From NCBI RefSeq assembly GCF_006345805.1, contig NW_021829672.1, forward strand, positions 1 through 34,785: a stretch of DNA of 34,785 bases, given 5' to 3'. The notes under the pieces were generated by a model. It was not told the origin of the DNA. It made no database searches and saw only the letters and a list, made by a program, of their open reading frames with translations. The position numbers and the translations under genes were made by a program. Shown here one piece after another: positions 12,819 through 24,677 of this stretch. Every line of letters starts with the position of its first letter. Within the stretch, counting starts at the first letter, position 1. The stretch is from Octopus sinensis. Taxonomy: Eukaryota.

Positions 12819-13182
12819 GTGGCTTGCTTCCCAATCACATGGTTCCGAGTTCAGTCCCACTTGTGGCACCATGGGCAAGTGTCTTCTACTATAGCCACGG
12901 GCCGACCAAATCTTTGTGAGTGGATTTGGTAGACGGAAACTGAAAGTAGCCGGTCATATATATGTATATGTATATATGTGTGTGTAAGTGTTTCTGTGTC
13001 TGCATTTGTCCCTCCAAAATCGCTTGACAACCGATGCCGGTGTGTTTACGTCCCCTTAACTTAGCGGTTCGGCAAAAGATACCGATAGAATAAGTACTAA
13101 GTTACAAAGAATAAGTCCTCGGGTCAATTGATCCGATTAAATGCGGCGCTCCAGCATGGCCGCAGTCAAATGACTGAAACAG
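12818..13182 (+). mobile_element. SINE family A, near full length
   Basis: tRNA-like head with a B-box (ggttccgagttcagtccc), a CORE-like ccatgggcaagtgtctt, an internal (TA)/(TG) tract, and a tail ending gctccagcatggccgcagtcaaatgactgaaacag. Confidence 0.9.
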
Positions 13183-13215
<33 letters not shown>

Positions 13216-14551
13216 GATATATATATATCACAATCAAGGAACGGCCATAATAGGCCATTCACCCACTAGAAATAACAGCCAAAGCTTCAACCGCAAAATA
13301 ACATTAATTCCGCAAACCAGCAGAAAATTAAAAAAACATTTACCCTGGAATTTCTTATACGATGCACACCGTTTCATCTATTGTTTAATGGTAAACTAAC
13401 CTCATTAAATTAATCAAGCCAATCTTCCATAGGCCGTTAGATTCGTCAGTAAGAAATAGCCAGATCGGAACAGATATTTTCACGAGGCACTTCTGTCCCT
13501 GCCTCGGCAATATCTGACCTAAAATTTTCAAATCATCGCACTCGCGCCAAATTTATCGGCAGCAAATAAATATAAGCCGCCGATTCCATTACGGAATTAA
13601 CCAGAAAATTCATAATTAATCAATATAGGGTGGCAAAAAATTTTGTAGAATTTTTTTGCCCCAGCGGCCTGTCAATAGCCAGCTGGAGAAGATGTTCTCC
13701 TGGGGGCTACAAGGTACAGTAACATCCAATCTTAGTGGTTAGCCACATCTAGATGGCAAATATACTTCACATTGTCATGCAGTTACTGTTTATACCTCGT
13801 TCAGAGATTTATTATTGCTTACACACACACACACAAACAACACACACACACACACATACACGCACACACACACATATATATATATATTTATATATTTATA
13901 TATGTACATAAATACATGTATATGTACGCATATATACATATGCATATATTTGTGTATATAAGCATATTTGTGTCAATATATATGTATGTACATATATATA
14001 TATATATGCACATATATATGTGCGTGCGTGTGTATGTATGTGTGTGTATGTGTGTGTGTGTGTGTGTGTGTATGTGTGTGTACGTACTCACACATATATG
14101 GCGGTTGAAAATGAAAGTAGTATTATATTTTTATGCGTTCAGAAATTCTACGTACGTGTGCTTGTATATATGTGTGTGCACTTGTGCGAGCATGTAGTTA
14201 TTTCACTGATGCGTGTAGGGGCAGAAATGCAAAAGCTCTATGGCCTTAAAGGATGCCGCTTGTGATATTTATCCTACATCAATACTTAAACAGTTCCTTT
14301 TTACTCTTCCTGCCAGAATCATAAATGACCAATGACTAACAAGATAACTACCAAATTTACTTAAAATGAATCTAAAATTTGTTAATACAAATTTGTGGAG
14401 ATTTGTTGAAACACGCACACACACATACACCATACCCACACACCATACACACATAAATATATTTCTTTACTCTTTTGTTGTTTTATACGTTTCAGCCCAA
14501 TCGATATGGCCAAACTGAAACACTTCCAATATCATCACGTTTTCAATGTCC

Positions 14552-14632
14552 ATTTGAACTCAGAACGTAGCGGCAGACGAAATACCGCTAAGTATTTCGC
14601 CCGGCGTGCTAACTGTTCTGCCAGCTTGCCAC
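14552..14632 (-). mobile_element. SINE family B head, inverted
   Basis: Matches the head of the copy at 33592-33988 (gaactcagaacgta.cggcagacgaaataccgctaag.atttcgcccggcgtgctaac). Confidence 0.9.
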
Positions 14633-14666
14633 CGTAAGTCGTGGGGTCGATTGGTTCGATTAAATT

Positions 14667-15020
14667 CGGTATTTCGTCTGCCGCTACGTTCTGAGTTCAA
14701 ATTCCGCCGAGGTCGACTTTGCCTTTCATCCTTTCGGGGTCGACTAAATAAGTACCAGTTACACACTGGGGTCGATGTAATCGACTTAATCCATTTGTCT
14801 GTCCTAGTTTGTCCTCTCTGTGTTTAGCCCCTTGTGGGTAGTAAAGAAATAGGTATTTCGTATGTCTTAACGGTCTGAGTTCAAATTCCCCCGAGGTCGA
14901 CTTTGCCTTTCATCCTTTTGGGATCGATAAATTAAGTACCAGTTACGTCCTAGGGTCAATCTAATCGACTGGCTCCCTCCCCCAAAATTTCGGGTCTTGT
15001 GCCTAGAGTAGAAAAAAAAA
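14667..15020 (+). mobile_element. SINE family B body with internally duplicated (dimeric) structure
   Basis: ggtatttcgt...ctgagttcaaatt...gaggtcgactttgcctttcatcctt occurs twice (~14668 and ~14852). Ends in an A-rich tail. Confidence 0.9.
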
Positions 15021-15024
15021 TGTC

Positions 15025-15965
15025 CATTCTACTGTGGTCAGCTTTCAGTGAATAAGGAAGATTGATATTAATCTTCTTGTTTGAGTTTCTGTCTGTAAAG
15101 TAGATTCATCTGGAATCTTGGACAGCAGAAGATCAAGAAGCAGAAGGTCAAGAAGCAGAAGGTCAAGAAGCAGAAGGCCTCTTGAAATCATTGAATTCCT
15201 CTTACTTCATATAGGTTTTTCAGGTTTTTATTTTGGCAACATACTAAATAGATGTGCGCCTTTGAATCCCAAGTTATTGCAGTACCTGGTCCTTGCTTCT
15301 GATGGAATGGGTTGGACTTTCGAAATAGTGTAGTGGCATCGTGTTGTGGAGCCGATATAACTCTCGATGCCCAAGTTTGATGCCAGCCCTTGTAGAATCT
15401 TCAGTATGTATATCACCGTTCATCTCTTCTGCCTTCACTTTCAGGAGTACAGCCGTATTTCTTTCAGTTCTTCCTAGTAGCTCAACTATTTCATTGCTGC
15501 CATCTTTTTGGTGTAGCACCTCTGAACTACCTCGAATTCCGCTATTAATTCGACACTGTGAAGTGACCATAGTTGAAGACAATAGTCAATACAACTCAGA
15601 ACAAACGTCTTCCATAGGACCAGTATAGTTTCCTGGCTCCTTTGGTCAAAAAATTCTCAGAATCCATCGGGCTTTTTCTCTGCACATTGCCGCCATCTTA
15701 GTTATACGTACCTGAAACGAAGCACCGTTGCTCATTTTAATCTCTAGGTCACCCAATGTGTTTGTCTCTGGGACTGCTGCCGTTTTTGGTCCAAAGTATA
15801 TTTGTTACAATGTTAGCATAATGTGGATGAGAGTGGAGGGGTTGGAATTTTCCTGCTTTAGATATCATGGTTTCTTCATCCCATATATTCATGGAATATA
15901 AATTTTTTCTATAGAAATTTTGCAACGAGAGAATTCTTGACTCTTGTATCGTCAGCAATAGTGAC
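15025..15965 (-). pseudogene. CR1/L2-group LINE RT C-terminal half and 3' end
   Basis: IADDT (YADD motif), KFQ.L, WILRIF, LWKTFVLSCIDYCLQLWS, E.VQRCYTKK, IYILKILQGL, CNNLGFKG..LF..LP, LLSKIPDE, across frameshifts and stops. Confidence 0.85.
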
Positions 15966-16012
15966 ACACAAGCACTTATGCACACACACACAGAAACACA
16001 CATACACACACG

Positions 16013-16045
<33 letters not shown>

Positions 16046-16092
16046 GCACAAACTTGTTCGCACACACACACACACTACGATACATATATACA

Positions 16093-16252
16093 CGACGATC
16101 TTCTTTCATTTTCCGTCTACCAAATCCACTCACAAGGCCGTGGTCGGGAGACGCTATAGTAGAAGGCACTAGCCCAAGGTGCCATGTAGTGGGACTGAAC
16201 CCGGAACCATGTGGTTGGTAAACAAGCTACTTACCACACAGCCACTTCTGCG
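16093..16252 (-). mobile_element. SINE family A head half
   Basis: ttccgtctaccaaatccactcacaaggc...gggactgaacccggaaccatgtggttggtaaacaagctacttaccacacagcc. Confidence 0.9.
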
Positions 16253-16253
16253 G

Positions 16254-16294
<41 letters not shown>

Positions 16295-16296
16295 TA

Positions 16297-16352
<56 letters not shown>

Positions 16353-16378
16353 TACACACACACACACATATATATATA

Positions 16379-16772
16379 TCTTTATATATAAAACTGTAGT
16401 TGTGTGAGTGTCTGTCCCCTTCGATTTAGATTCCTAACTACTCCCACATTTTGCGGTGCAGTTTAACCAAAACCGGGTATCTTATAGTCGTGATTCATAT
16501 CGAGCCCTTCTGGGTATTAGCGCGCGTCTACGATGAGTCTACGATTTAAAAAATAATTTACCATCATTTTTTTCCATTTTAATGCATATTTTTTTAAAGG
16601 GAAGTAACTCTCTAAAAATGTCTACGATGAGTCAACGATTTAAAAAAAAATTTACCATCATATTTTTTCCATTTTTAATGCATATTTTTGCTATTTTTTG
16701 GCTATAATTCTCTAAAAATGCTGTATAGTTATTTCCCTTACAAACCCGAGCAACGCCGGGCGATACTGCTAG
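16379..16772 (+). mobile_element. Non-autonomous Helitron
   Basis: 5' A|TC-tttatatataaaac; 3' hairpin cccgagcaacgccggg followed by CTAG|T. Inserted at A|T within a (TA)n tract with no TSD. Contains an internal ~95-bp tandem duplication (tctacgatgagtc...). Confidence 0.9.
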
Positions 16773-16821
16773 TATATATATACGACGGGGTTTTCTCAGT
16801 TTCCTTCTACGAAACCTTCGG

Positions 16822-17079
16822 CCTAAGTGGACCACTTTTGATAAGCAGAACTGGTGATGTGGGATGAACCGAACGTCCGGCTAAGGTACCCTACGCTTCC
16901 CCCATTAGATAATGGATGCTACTGGAGTAAGTGACCGATGTCGGGCCGGCCGGCTGGCATGACACGCAAGCTCGTCCGCTAAAACGAACGACTGGAGGCC
17001 CTGGGGATGTTGACGGTCTCGATCTACACGGAACGGGCGAAATGAGACGCTCCTGGACCTAAGTGGGCCACTTTCGGTA
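16822..17079 (+). pseudogene. Dispersed, diverged 28S (LSU) rRNA-derived fragment
   Basis: ggaccacttttgataagcagaactggtgatgtgggatgaaccgaacg closely matches the conserved LSU GGGCCACTTTTGGTAAGCAGAACTGGCG.TG.GGGATGAACCGAACG. The downstream part resembles the upstream LSU segment ATCCGGTAAAGCGAATGATTAGAGG..TTGGGG. Confidence 0.75.
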
Positions 17080-17435
17080 TATATATTCGTGCATGCACAG
17101 GCAACAAAACAAAATAATTCATAAATAAATAGCAGACAATCATTTCAATGCTTGTGTATTTCTGTATTGTGTATTTGTGTATTTTTCTCATGATATCAAA
17201 AATAAACACATCGTGGCATACGTGTGTGGTACATACATACATACATACATACAAACAAACATACATACATACATACATACGCACGTATATTCACATATAT
17301 ACTGCGCATATATATTCACGTACATTTATAAATATATATACACACACGTACATATATGCATATACATATATGTGTGTTCAACTATATGTGTATATATGTA
17401 TGTGTGTATGTATGTAAAGAGAGAGAGAGAGATAA

Positions 17436-17486
<51 letters not shown>

Positions 17487-17689
17487 GGACTCAGAGACAG
17501 AGACAGAGAGAGAGATGAGAAACTTCGGCAAACCTTTAACAAGTGCTAACTGTAATTCTGAAAAAGAAAACGGCCTCCAAAACACATTCTTAATCAAGTA
17601 AAAAGAATGTTTCAAGCGTTTTGCCGATGACGTCAAGACATCGACGGCTTTAGTAACCTGGACACCGTGAAGTAGAAAATGTTGCCGAA

Positions 17690-18010
17690 GCTTAAACCTA
17701 TTGACCAGTTTCTCTGATTTCACTTTATCAGAGAAAAATCAGAGATGAAATTATCGGATGGGAAATCCAATAAGATTTCGAGAGAAAAACGAACTGTTAC
17801 GTATCAATATGGCTTCCGTGAAAGCTAAAGCTATCTTATACACACTTCAACTTAACACTGACTCTAAGGGTTATAAATATATGTCTTTAGTAACACAAGT
17901 ACTTTAGTGTTGTAGCAGAATACTTTGAAATGTTCAAAGATAAATGCCTGAATATCATATTCTACAAAGCTCAATGGTTTCCATATTTTTTTTGGCAAAG
18001 TATGAACTAG
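17690..18010 (+). pseudogene. Very old LINE RT N-terminal remnant
   Basis: PVSLISL...IRDEII; NELL..QYGFRES; IIFYKA...: weak echoes of RT motifs 1-3. Confidence 0.35.
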
Positions 18011-18074
18011 CTGTCGAACATCTGCTGGATGAAGAAGCCTCTACATAAATACTTCAGTAAGTATGGCGGCGATT

Positions 18075-18509
18075 TATCTTATACTGGTTTCCGTGATTGG
18101 ACAGCGGCCATGGTGGGGCAATGTCTTGAAGGGTTTTAATCGATCCCACTTCTTGTTTTTTTTTTGTTGTTATAAAGCCTAGTTCTTTATTCGATCGTCT
18201 TTTTATGCTGAAGTGCAAAGTTAGGAGGACGTAAACAAATCCAGACCGTTTGTCAAGTGGTGGAGTGACAAATATAGAAACAAAGACACACACACACATG
18301 TATGTATGTATGTATGTATGTATGTATGTATGTATGTATGTATGTATACCATGAGCTTCTATGCAGTTTCCGTCAACCAAACTCACTCAGATTGCATTGG
18401 TCAATGCGGGATAGAATAGAAGGTACTTGCCCAAGGTACAGCACAGTGACAGTAAGCCTGAAACCACGGAATTGCGAAACGAACTTCTTACCACACAGCC
18501 ATTCCTGCG
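18075..18509 (-). mobile_element. SINE family A, old full-length copy
   Basis: Diverged head and tail flanking an internal (CA)/(TATG) tract. Confidence 0.75.
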
Positions 18510-18719
18510 TCAGAATGAACATCTTGCGGTATTCGTTCTGACTTTCAGCGCGTAAATCCTGTCGGCGTTAACTTTGGCCTTCATTTTTTTTGACAGGATG
18601 TAATTTGAGAGCGATTGGCTGCTATTTCTAGCCGATCGAGCTCCAATGTCATACATATTATTTATATTTGTAAGATGCCCTTCTATTTTCACAACCATTT
18701 TTTTTTCTTTTGTTAAGAA

Positions 18720-18900
18720 GCAAAGTACAGTGCCCACGAGCCTTTGAAGGCCCTCCCAGACTGATAAGCATAATGTTGTTAGTGTTCCGTTTAAACTGTT
18801 GTGATCCAACAGTAGGAAAGATATGAGCAGGGAGAATATTCCAGAGGGCCGTTGTTCTGGAGGAGAAAAAACTGGCTATGAATATTTTACAGTGCCAATT
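18720..18900 (-). mobile_element. LINE (CR1/Jockey-group) extreme 3' end
   Basis: SFFSSRTTALWNILPAHIFP...QQFKRNTN matches the common LINE C-terminal motif SF..RT..LWN.LP..FP...FK..N. Confidence 0.55.
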
Positions 18901-19104
18901 TAACCGAACTCCTCCGAAAGAAAATACAGCTATAACGAAGAGTAAAGCGCTTGTATGAAAAATAAAGTTCTGAACTTCGTAAACAAAATAATATAAGAAT
19001 ATATTAATACATTCTGAAATAAATATAGCGATCAGAAAAAAAAGACACAACATATACCAAAAACAAAAATAATAAACACAAAACAAACAGCAAAAATTAA
19101 CATT

Positions 19105-19590
19105 AATTGTGGTCTTCCAGCAGGGCCACATCCACTGGGTGGAGCGAGCCTGTTTTCTCTCGGTAGTTACTGTTGCGAAAGAAGTAGTATGGAAGACGAG
19201 AGTGAATGGAATTGCAACAGGCATGTTCATCTCCAGTCTCGAGCTAATCGATGTCATCGCTTTCCACATGAAACGGAAAATAAAGCTGGAGAAGAAATGC
19301 CTGTCGCAAAGTGTGTTCCGTAAAAGATGGAAGTCTGTAGCAAGTAAGTTGCGAGTGAAAGAACCTGTCTAAACGAGAACCAATAAAAGGCGAAAGCAAC
19401 GTCTTTAGTGTGAGTATGTGGTTTGTGGGGTCGACCGCGTCCTCCGCTTCATTTTTCTAAATCATTCATTCTCATTTAATTGTACATATTTTAATTGTTT
19501 ATTCATGCGTTTTGTCTCATTCGATCCCCTGACTCCAATGTTTGTTTTGTCTGTCCTCGTATCGTCCCCTTTTTTTCTTAACATAATGGT
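19105..19590 (+). mobile_element. L1/Tx1-like LINE 3' end (ORF2 C-terminus and 3' UTR)
   Basis: FLSVVTVAKEVVWKTR...FHMKRKIKLEKKCLSQSVFRKRWKSVA*: L1/Tx1-type C-terminal W...R / F..RW motifs, followed by a T-rich UTR. Confidence 0.6.
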
Positions 19591-19639
19591 TGATAAAGAA
19601 TTTAACTGAATCTAATACAAGAATTAAAAAAAAAAAGTA

Positions 19640-22600
19640 TGGCCAACATTAATCGGGAAGATAACAAAATACAGCAAAACCGAACCAGATCAACGCAAAC
19701 AAATATATGACTAAGCAAGAATATGAGGATGATTTATGGCTGAGAAATTCTTAGGGAAGAAACTATGAGCGTAACAGTTTATAGCAAATATAATTACAGA
19801 TTTCAAATCGCTGGAACATCTACCTTTCTAAGGACCTCCTAAGAATAATTACTCTGCTGAAAAAACAACGACAATGAAAACTAGTGATCGTAGATTTAAT
19901 GAAAACAAATAAGAAAATCAATATCACCAGATTAAAGGAAATAATATATATGCAGTAGCTATGCTAATTGCAAAGCAAAGAAGGTATTGTCTCAACTTTG
20001 ATTCTATGGGGATATCAAAACTCAGGTAAACGGTGTGGGAAGCAGTAAAATACAGAAAATAAAACAAAAGACCTCTCAATCCCAGATAAAGGCGATAACG
20101 AAAAGACAAAAATTGAGAAACTGAAAAATAAAACAAAAAAGCAAATATTACAGAAATATAATAAATAAAAGAAAATAATGGAAAGCAAAGAACGCCTAAA
20201 ATTAGAGATCTTCGTTGAATTATAAAGAACTGAACGTTATGAAATGGTACAAATGGTCTTTGAACAAAAGCAACAGCCCGAATATAACCCGAAACGATTT
20301 GGTCAGGAACTGCGTAAAAATAAAATATAAATCAATCCAATATCAGAGAATAAGAATTCTACTGAAAAAGGTAGAGGCATCAAAGGAATCACAGAGGTCG
20401 TGACTTCAAAGCAACGAACGCAGGAACAATTGTAGAAAGGCCATATCAACAAAAATGTAGTTTAGACTGTACAATAAACAAACAACTGGAAAATACCCGA
20501 AAATACTGTCTCAAACGCCTGGTTAAAATATTTAACTGAGTCATGTGCTAATAGTGAAGTTTAATAAGATTTCGTTGTCACCAAAAACAATATATGACTG
20601 GCTCACAGAAGAGAAAAACATCTTATCTTCTGATACCTTAAAAACTAAAAACCCACAGACTATCTTCCTACATCTTAGGATGTATTAACTGAGATAACAT
20701 CGCAGAAGATTAGCAGAAAAGACAACCTGTTCATAGAAAAATAAAGTAGATGCTTCAAAGAACACATATGGCTGTAAAGAACCATTACTGTACAAGAGAG
20801 TCATAACTGAAGACTTTAGAAAGAAAAGAAGGTTCTGAGCATGGCATGGATTCTCAAGCTTAAGGCGTTTTGATGGCTATGTGTAAGATAGCATCAATGA
20901 TAAACCACGTCACGAACAAATTGTAAAGAATTCTGTAGTTATAGAGGCAAGAAGGAATTATAAAAATGTAACTGCCGTCACCATTACCATAGAAATATTC
21001 CAAGAAGACTTCCTTCACTCTTCATCTATTTGATGTTAAAACCTCTGGGTAGCAAAATACTAAGGAGACCAGACTCGGGCACGAATGCTATTGGAGGACA
21101 ACCAACCAACTTTTTCTATACGGATAACCTCATGTCGTACACTGTAGATGATAGACAACTAGAAACACAGCTACAAACAGTATACGAATTCATCGAAAAA
21201 AGTCATTAGTTAAATATGTTAAAGCATCCTTGAAGATATATCTATATATTAATTAAGAAAACTAATGGCTGCTAGTTAATGAAAGGGGCAAATGAGGATT
21301 ACACCAATTACAAACTTACAAATACTAAAGAATCAGTCAACTAGAACGACTACAACTCGTACAAATGAAAGAGTGGTTAATTCAATAATATTAAAAGAGC
21401 ATCAAAATAATAATTAAGGTAGAGTTAATTGAAAATTAAGGTAATACAGGTCAATTATCTAGTTGCTCCAGAATTAAGTAATGGTTAATATATTTTCAGC
21501 TGATTCTTTTACTCTCTTTTACTTGTTTCAGTCAGTTGACTGCGGCCATACTGGAGCACCGCCTTTAGTCGAGCAAATCGACTCCAGGACTTATTCTTTG
21601 TAAGCCTAGTACTTATTCTATCGGTCTCGCTTGCTGAACCGCTAAGTAACAGGGAAGTAAACACACCAGCATCAGTTATCAAGCGATGTTGGGGGGACAA
21701 ACGCAGACATACAAACATATACACACACATACATATATATACATATATACGACGGGATTCTTTCAGTTTCCGTCTACCAAATCCACTCACAAAGCTTCGG
21801 TCGGCCCGAGGCTATAGTAGAAGACATTTGCCCAAGGTGCCACGCAGTGGGACAGAACCCGGAACCATGTGGTTGGTAAGCAAGCTACTTACCACACAGC
21901 CACTCCTGTGCCTATAAATGATTGTTAAATGAATTAGCAAAACTAGACGGAAAAACAAAGCATTACTAAAATTTTGACTATGAAAGCTTATGTTTACCAC
22001 AAACACAGGTAGGAAGAGAAGTTGAGTAGGTTGCAGCTTTTATAAAATATTTACTGTAATACTGTAAAAAAAACTAATAAATAACAACAGAAAACAAATA
22101 TTGAGAGCAGTAAAACATGAACAAAACAACTGCATTTTTTTTGTCCTCAAGAAAGCTAGCGAATACAAAACAGAAGTTGAAGTGAGATAGTGTGAGAAGA
22201 AAAGACAAACAACAGAAATTGGAAGAAAGTTAAATATTAAGCAGAAACAGAAAATTAAGAACGTCGGTTATTAAGGAAAAAACCCCTTCATGGTCAATAC
22301 CTGCGTAAAAAATAAAACAAAACAATCTGAGATCGTGGAGATAGATTTAAAAAACAAACACTAATCGTTAAGAAGCAGCGGGATGAAAGCTGACATTGAA
22401 GGACTCTTGTTTGCCTCAGAAAAAGAACTCATTGAATGACAAAGCCGCTCCATACTTGCCAGTCTACACAAACAGGAGGCAATGTATAATTAATTGGTTA
22501 TATTATAAAGAACGGCTAGAAAGATATGTGTCTCCTACTTGATGTGTCCTACAGGTGATATATCGTTAAAAGAGATGGAGAAATAATCAAAATATAAAAA

Positions 22601-23296
22601 TTTTGAAATATACCCAAAATGAGGAGATTGAAGACAACAGCAATACTCCCTGCATTAATACGTGCTTTGCAAATGACTAAGAAGCATACAATTTCACAAA
22701 TATGCAAAACATACTGCAAAATAGCACCACCAAGCTGTATATAATGTCTACAATATTATCAAAATAACAAAAAAGTACAAAATCAAACCAAAGCGCTGCT
22801 CTGAGAGCTGAGGACACTGTGAAAGACCAAGACAACAACAAATACCGAAAGAGACAGGAATTTAAATGCGCATTGTCGACCTATATTCTGTATGGATGCT
22901 AAGGAAGATTCTTGAGATTTGAGAAGACTTGCTGTCATCAAGCATCAAGATAAAAATACCAGTTAATTAAATTACCATGCACCTAATCTTAAATACGTGA
23001 TGGTCCGACTATGGAAAATGAAGAAGGTGAAGATAGCGCCAGTTTATTGTTGTGCCTTTGGGAACAGTATCAGAAGGTATCAAGAGGAATATAAAGGTAA
23101 TTGGAATAGAGTGCCCGGTAGAACTGTTACAAAAGATTTGCCTCCTTGGCACGGCCAGAATCACCAGCAAAATACAAGATAATTGAAAAGAACAGATTAG
23201 TATGGTACCATAGGTTTCAGGTAACAAACCCGCCACGCATACAAGACTTCAGGAATTCCAACAAAACCTGAGTTAAAAAGAAAAATGATAATAACA
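19640..23296 (+). mobile_element. Old, decayed R4/Dong-type element, interrupted by a SINE; possibly composite
   Basis: Colinear nucleotide echoes of the 24.3-28.2 kb element: gactggctcacag (WLT), catatggctgtaaaga, ggcatggatt, atattccaagaagac, gatgat (YMDD region), caaacttacaaatact, ccccttcatggt. Ends with RLWKMK..P...AFG and ICLLGTAR, then a short TAA remnant. Confidence 0.7.
21505..21912 (-). mobile_element. SINE family A, full length
   Basis: Complete head (tggctgtgtgg A-box, ggttccgggttc B-box), ccttgggcaa core, internal microsatellite and tail. Confidence 0.92.
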
Positions 23297-24135
23297 AGGA
23301 TGAAGAACAAGTGATCAAGGGTGAGAGAGGAGAAAAGGACAAGAACGAAATTCTAAGAAAGTATATTAAATAGGTTGAAGAAAAACTTTTGCATGGTCAG
23401 TTTTGGGAAGCCTCTAGGAATGTATGTGGAACAAAATCTGTGCTTGGTTGAAAAATGGGCAACTGAAAAAGGATACAGATAGCCTTGTTATAGCAACTCA
23501 AGATCGGACGTTTAAAAACAAACAACTTAAGAAAATATGGGGGGTGTCAGCTAAATGTAGTGTGTGTGTGGAATTTGGGATGAAACGATGGCACACATTG
23601 TTGCAGAATGTTCCAAGTTGGTTCGGGGAGAAAATAAGAAATGGAAGTATGACCAAGCTCTCTAGATTTTGCACTGGGAGGTAGAATCATATTTTATAGG
23701 ATTTTCCAATTCAAACGGATAAAAAAAATAGAAAATAATAAACAATAATAGACAAGGAAAATCGAAGTCGTTTAATAACTAATCCATCATGTCCGTTTGA
23801 TTTCAGGATTGTAAAGAAATAAAGAAATAGATTCCCTTAAAATTTGAAATTGCGAGAATTATTTAGAATATGAAAACTGTATGGTTGTGTCTGAAATAAT
23901 TATTAAATTAGGGACTGTGAGTAATGAAATAGAGAAACGGTTGAAGGAGACTGGAATAGAAGGTCTGGTGGAAGAGCTTCTACATAAAGTTTGCCTCTTA
24001 GGAAGAGGAAAGTTTATCAGAAGGGATTTGATGACTTGAAAGATTATTGAAAGCTTGTGGGTATCCAAGAAAGAGGTAGGAACCTGCTAACCACATACAT
24101 TCTACCAGGAATAAGACCAAACCTGCGTCAAGTCG
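23297..24135 (+). mobile_element. 5'-truncated R4/Dong-type 3' fragment
   Basis: EEKLLHGQF, WLKNGQLKKDTDSLVIATQD, a CCHC remnant (CSVC...HIVAEC), RLE-region remnants and LQKVCLLG, followed by a (TAA)n tail. Confidence 0.75.
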
Positions 24136-24157
24136 AATAATAATAATAATAATAATA

Positions 24158-24201
<44 letters not shown>

Positions 24202-24276
24202 TTAATAATAATAATAATAATAATAATAATGATGATGAGGATGATGATTAGGATAATAATGATAATAATAATAATG

Positions 24277-24327
<51 letters not shown>
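24136..24327. repeat. (TAA)n microsatellite, tail and target tract
   Basis: Direct inspection. Confidence 0.95.
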
Positions 24328-24330
<3 letters not shown>

Positions 24331-24444
24331 CCGGGGGACTTTTAAGATGTAAGAGGAACACCGGGGGACTTTTAAGATGTAAGAGAACACCGGGGGACTT
24401 TTAAGATGTAAGAGAACACCGGGGGACTTTTAAGATGTAAGAAG
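24328..24444 (+). repeat. Four tandem copies of a 29-30-bp unit at the 5' end of the R4/Dong element
   Basis: acaccgggggacttttaagatgtaagag(g)a starts at 24328, 24358, 24387 and 24416, with no spacers. Confidence 0.95.
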
Positions 24445-24677
24445 GAAAATTCAGAGCTCCGAAACCTATCCACAAACATCGAAAACAAGGACATCCTATG
24501 GAGCCAAAGTTTTACTAACAAAGAATTGGACTGTATCCGAGTAAGTAATACAAATTGAAATTTATTACTATTTTCGAAACGAAATGATGTATTTTGACTC
24601 GATATCATCTCCACCTCTAACGCAACACATGTAAACATGCGTGTGAAACATCACGATCATCTCCGACCCCAAACACC

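Noticed and set aside
18658-19269. 203-aa minus-strand ORF
   Set aside because: A chance read-through joining the antisense of an L1/Tx1 end, AT-rich filler and a LINE C-terminus.
24328-24444. CRISPR-like 29-30-bp direct repeats
   Set aside because: No spacers, no cas genes, and a eukaryotic context. This is a simple tandem repeat.
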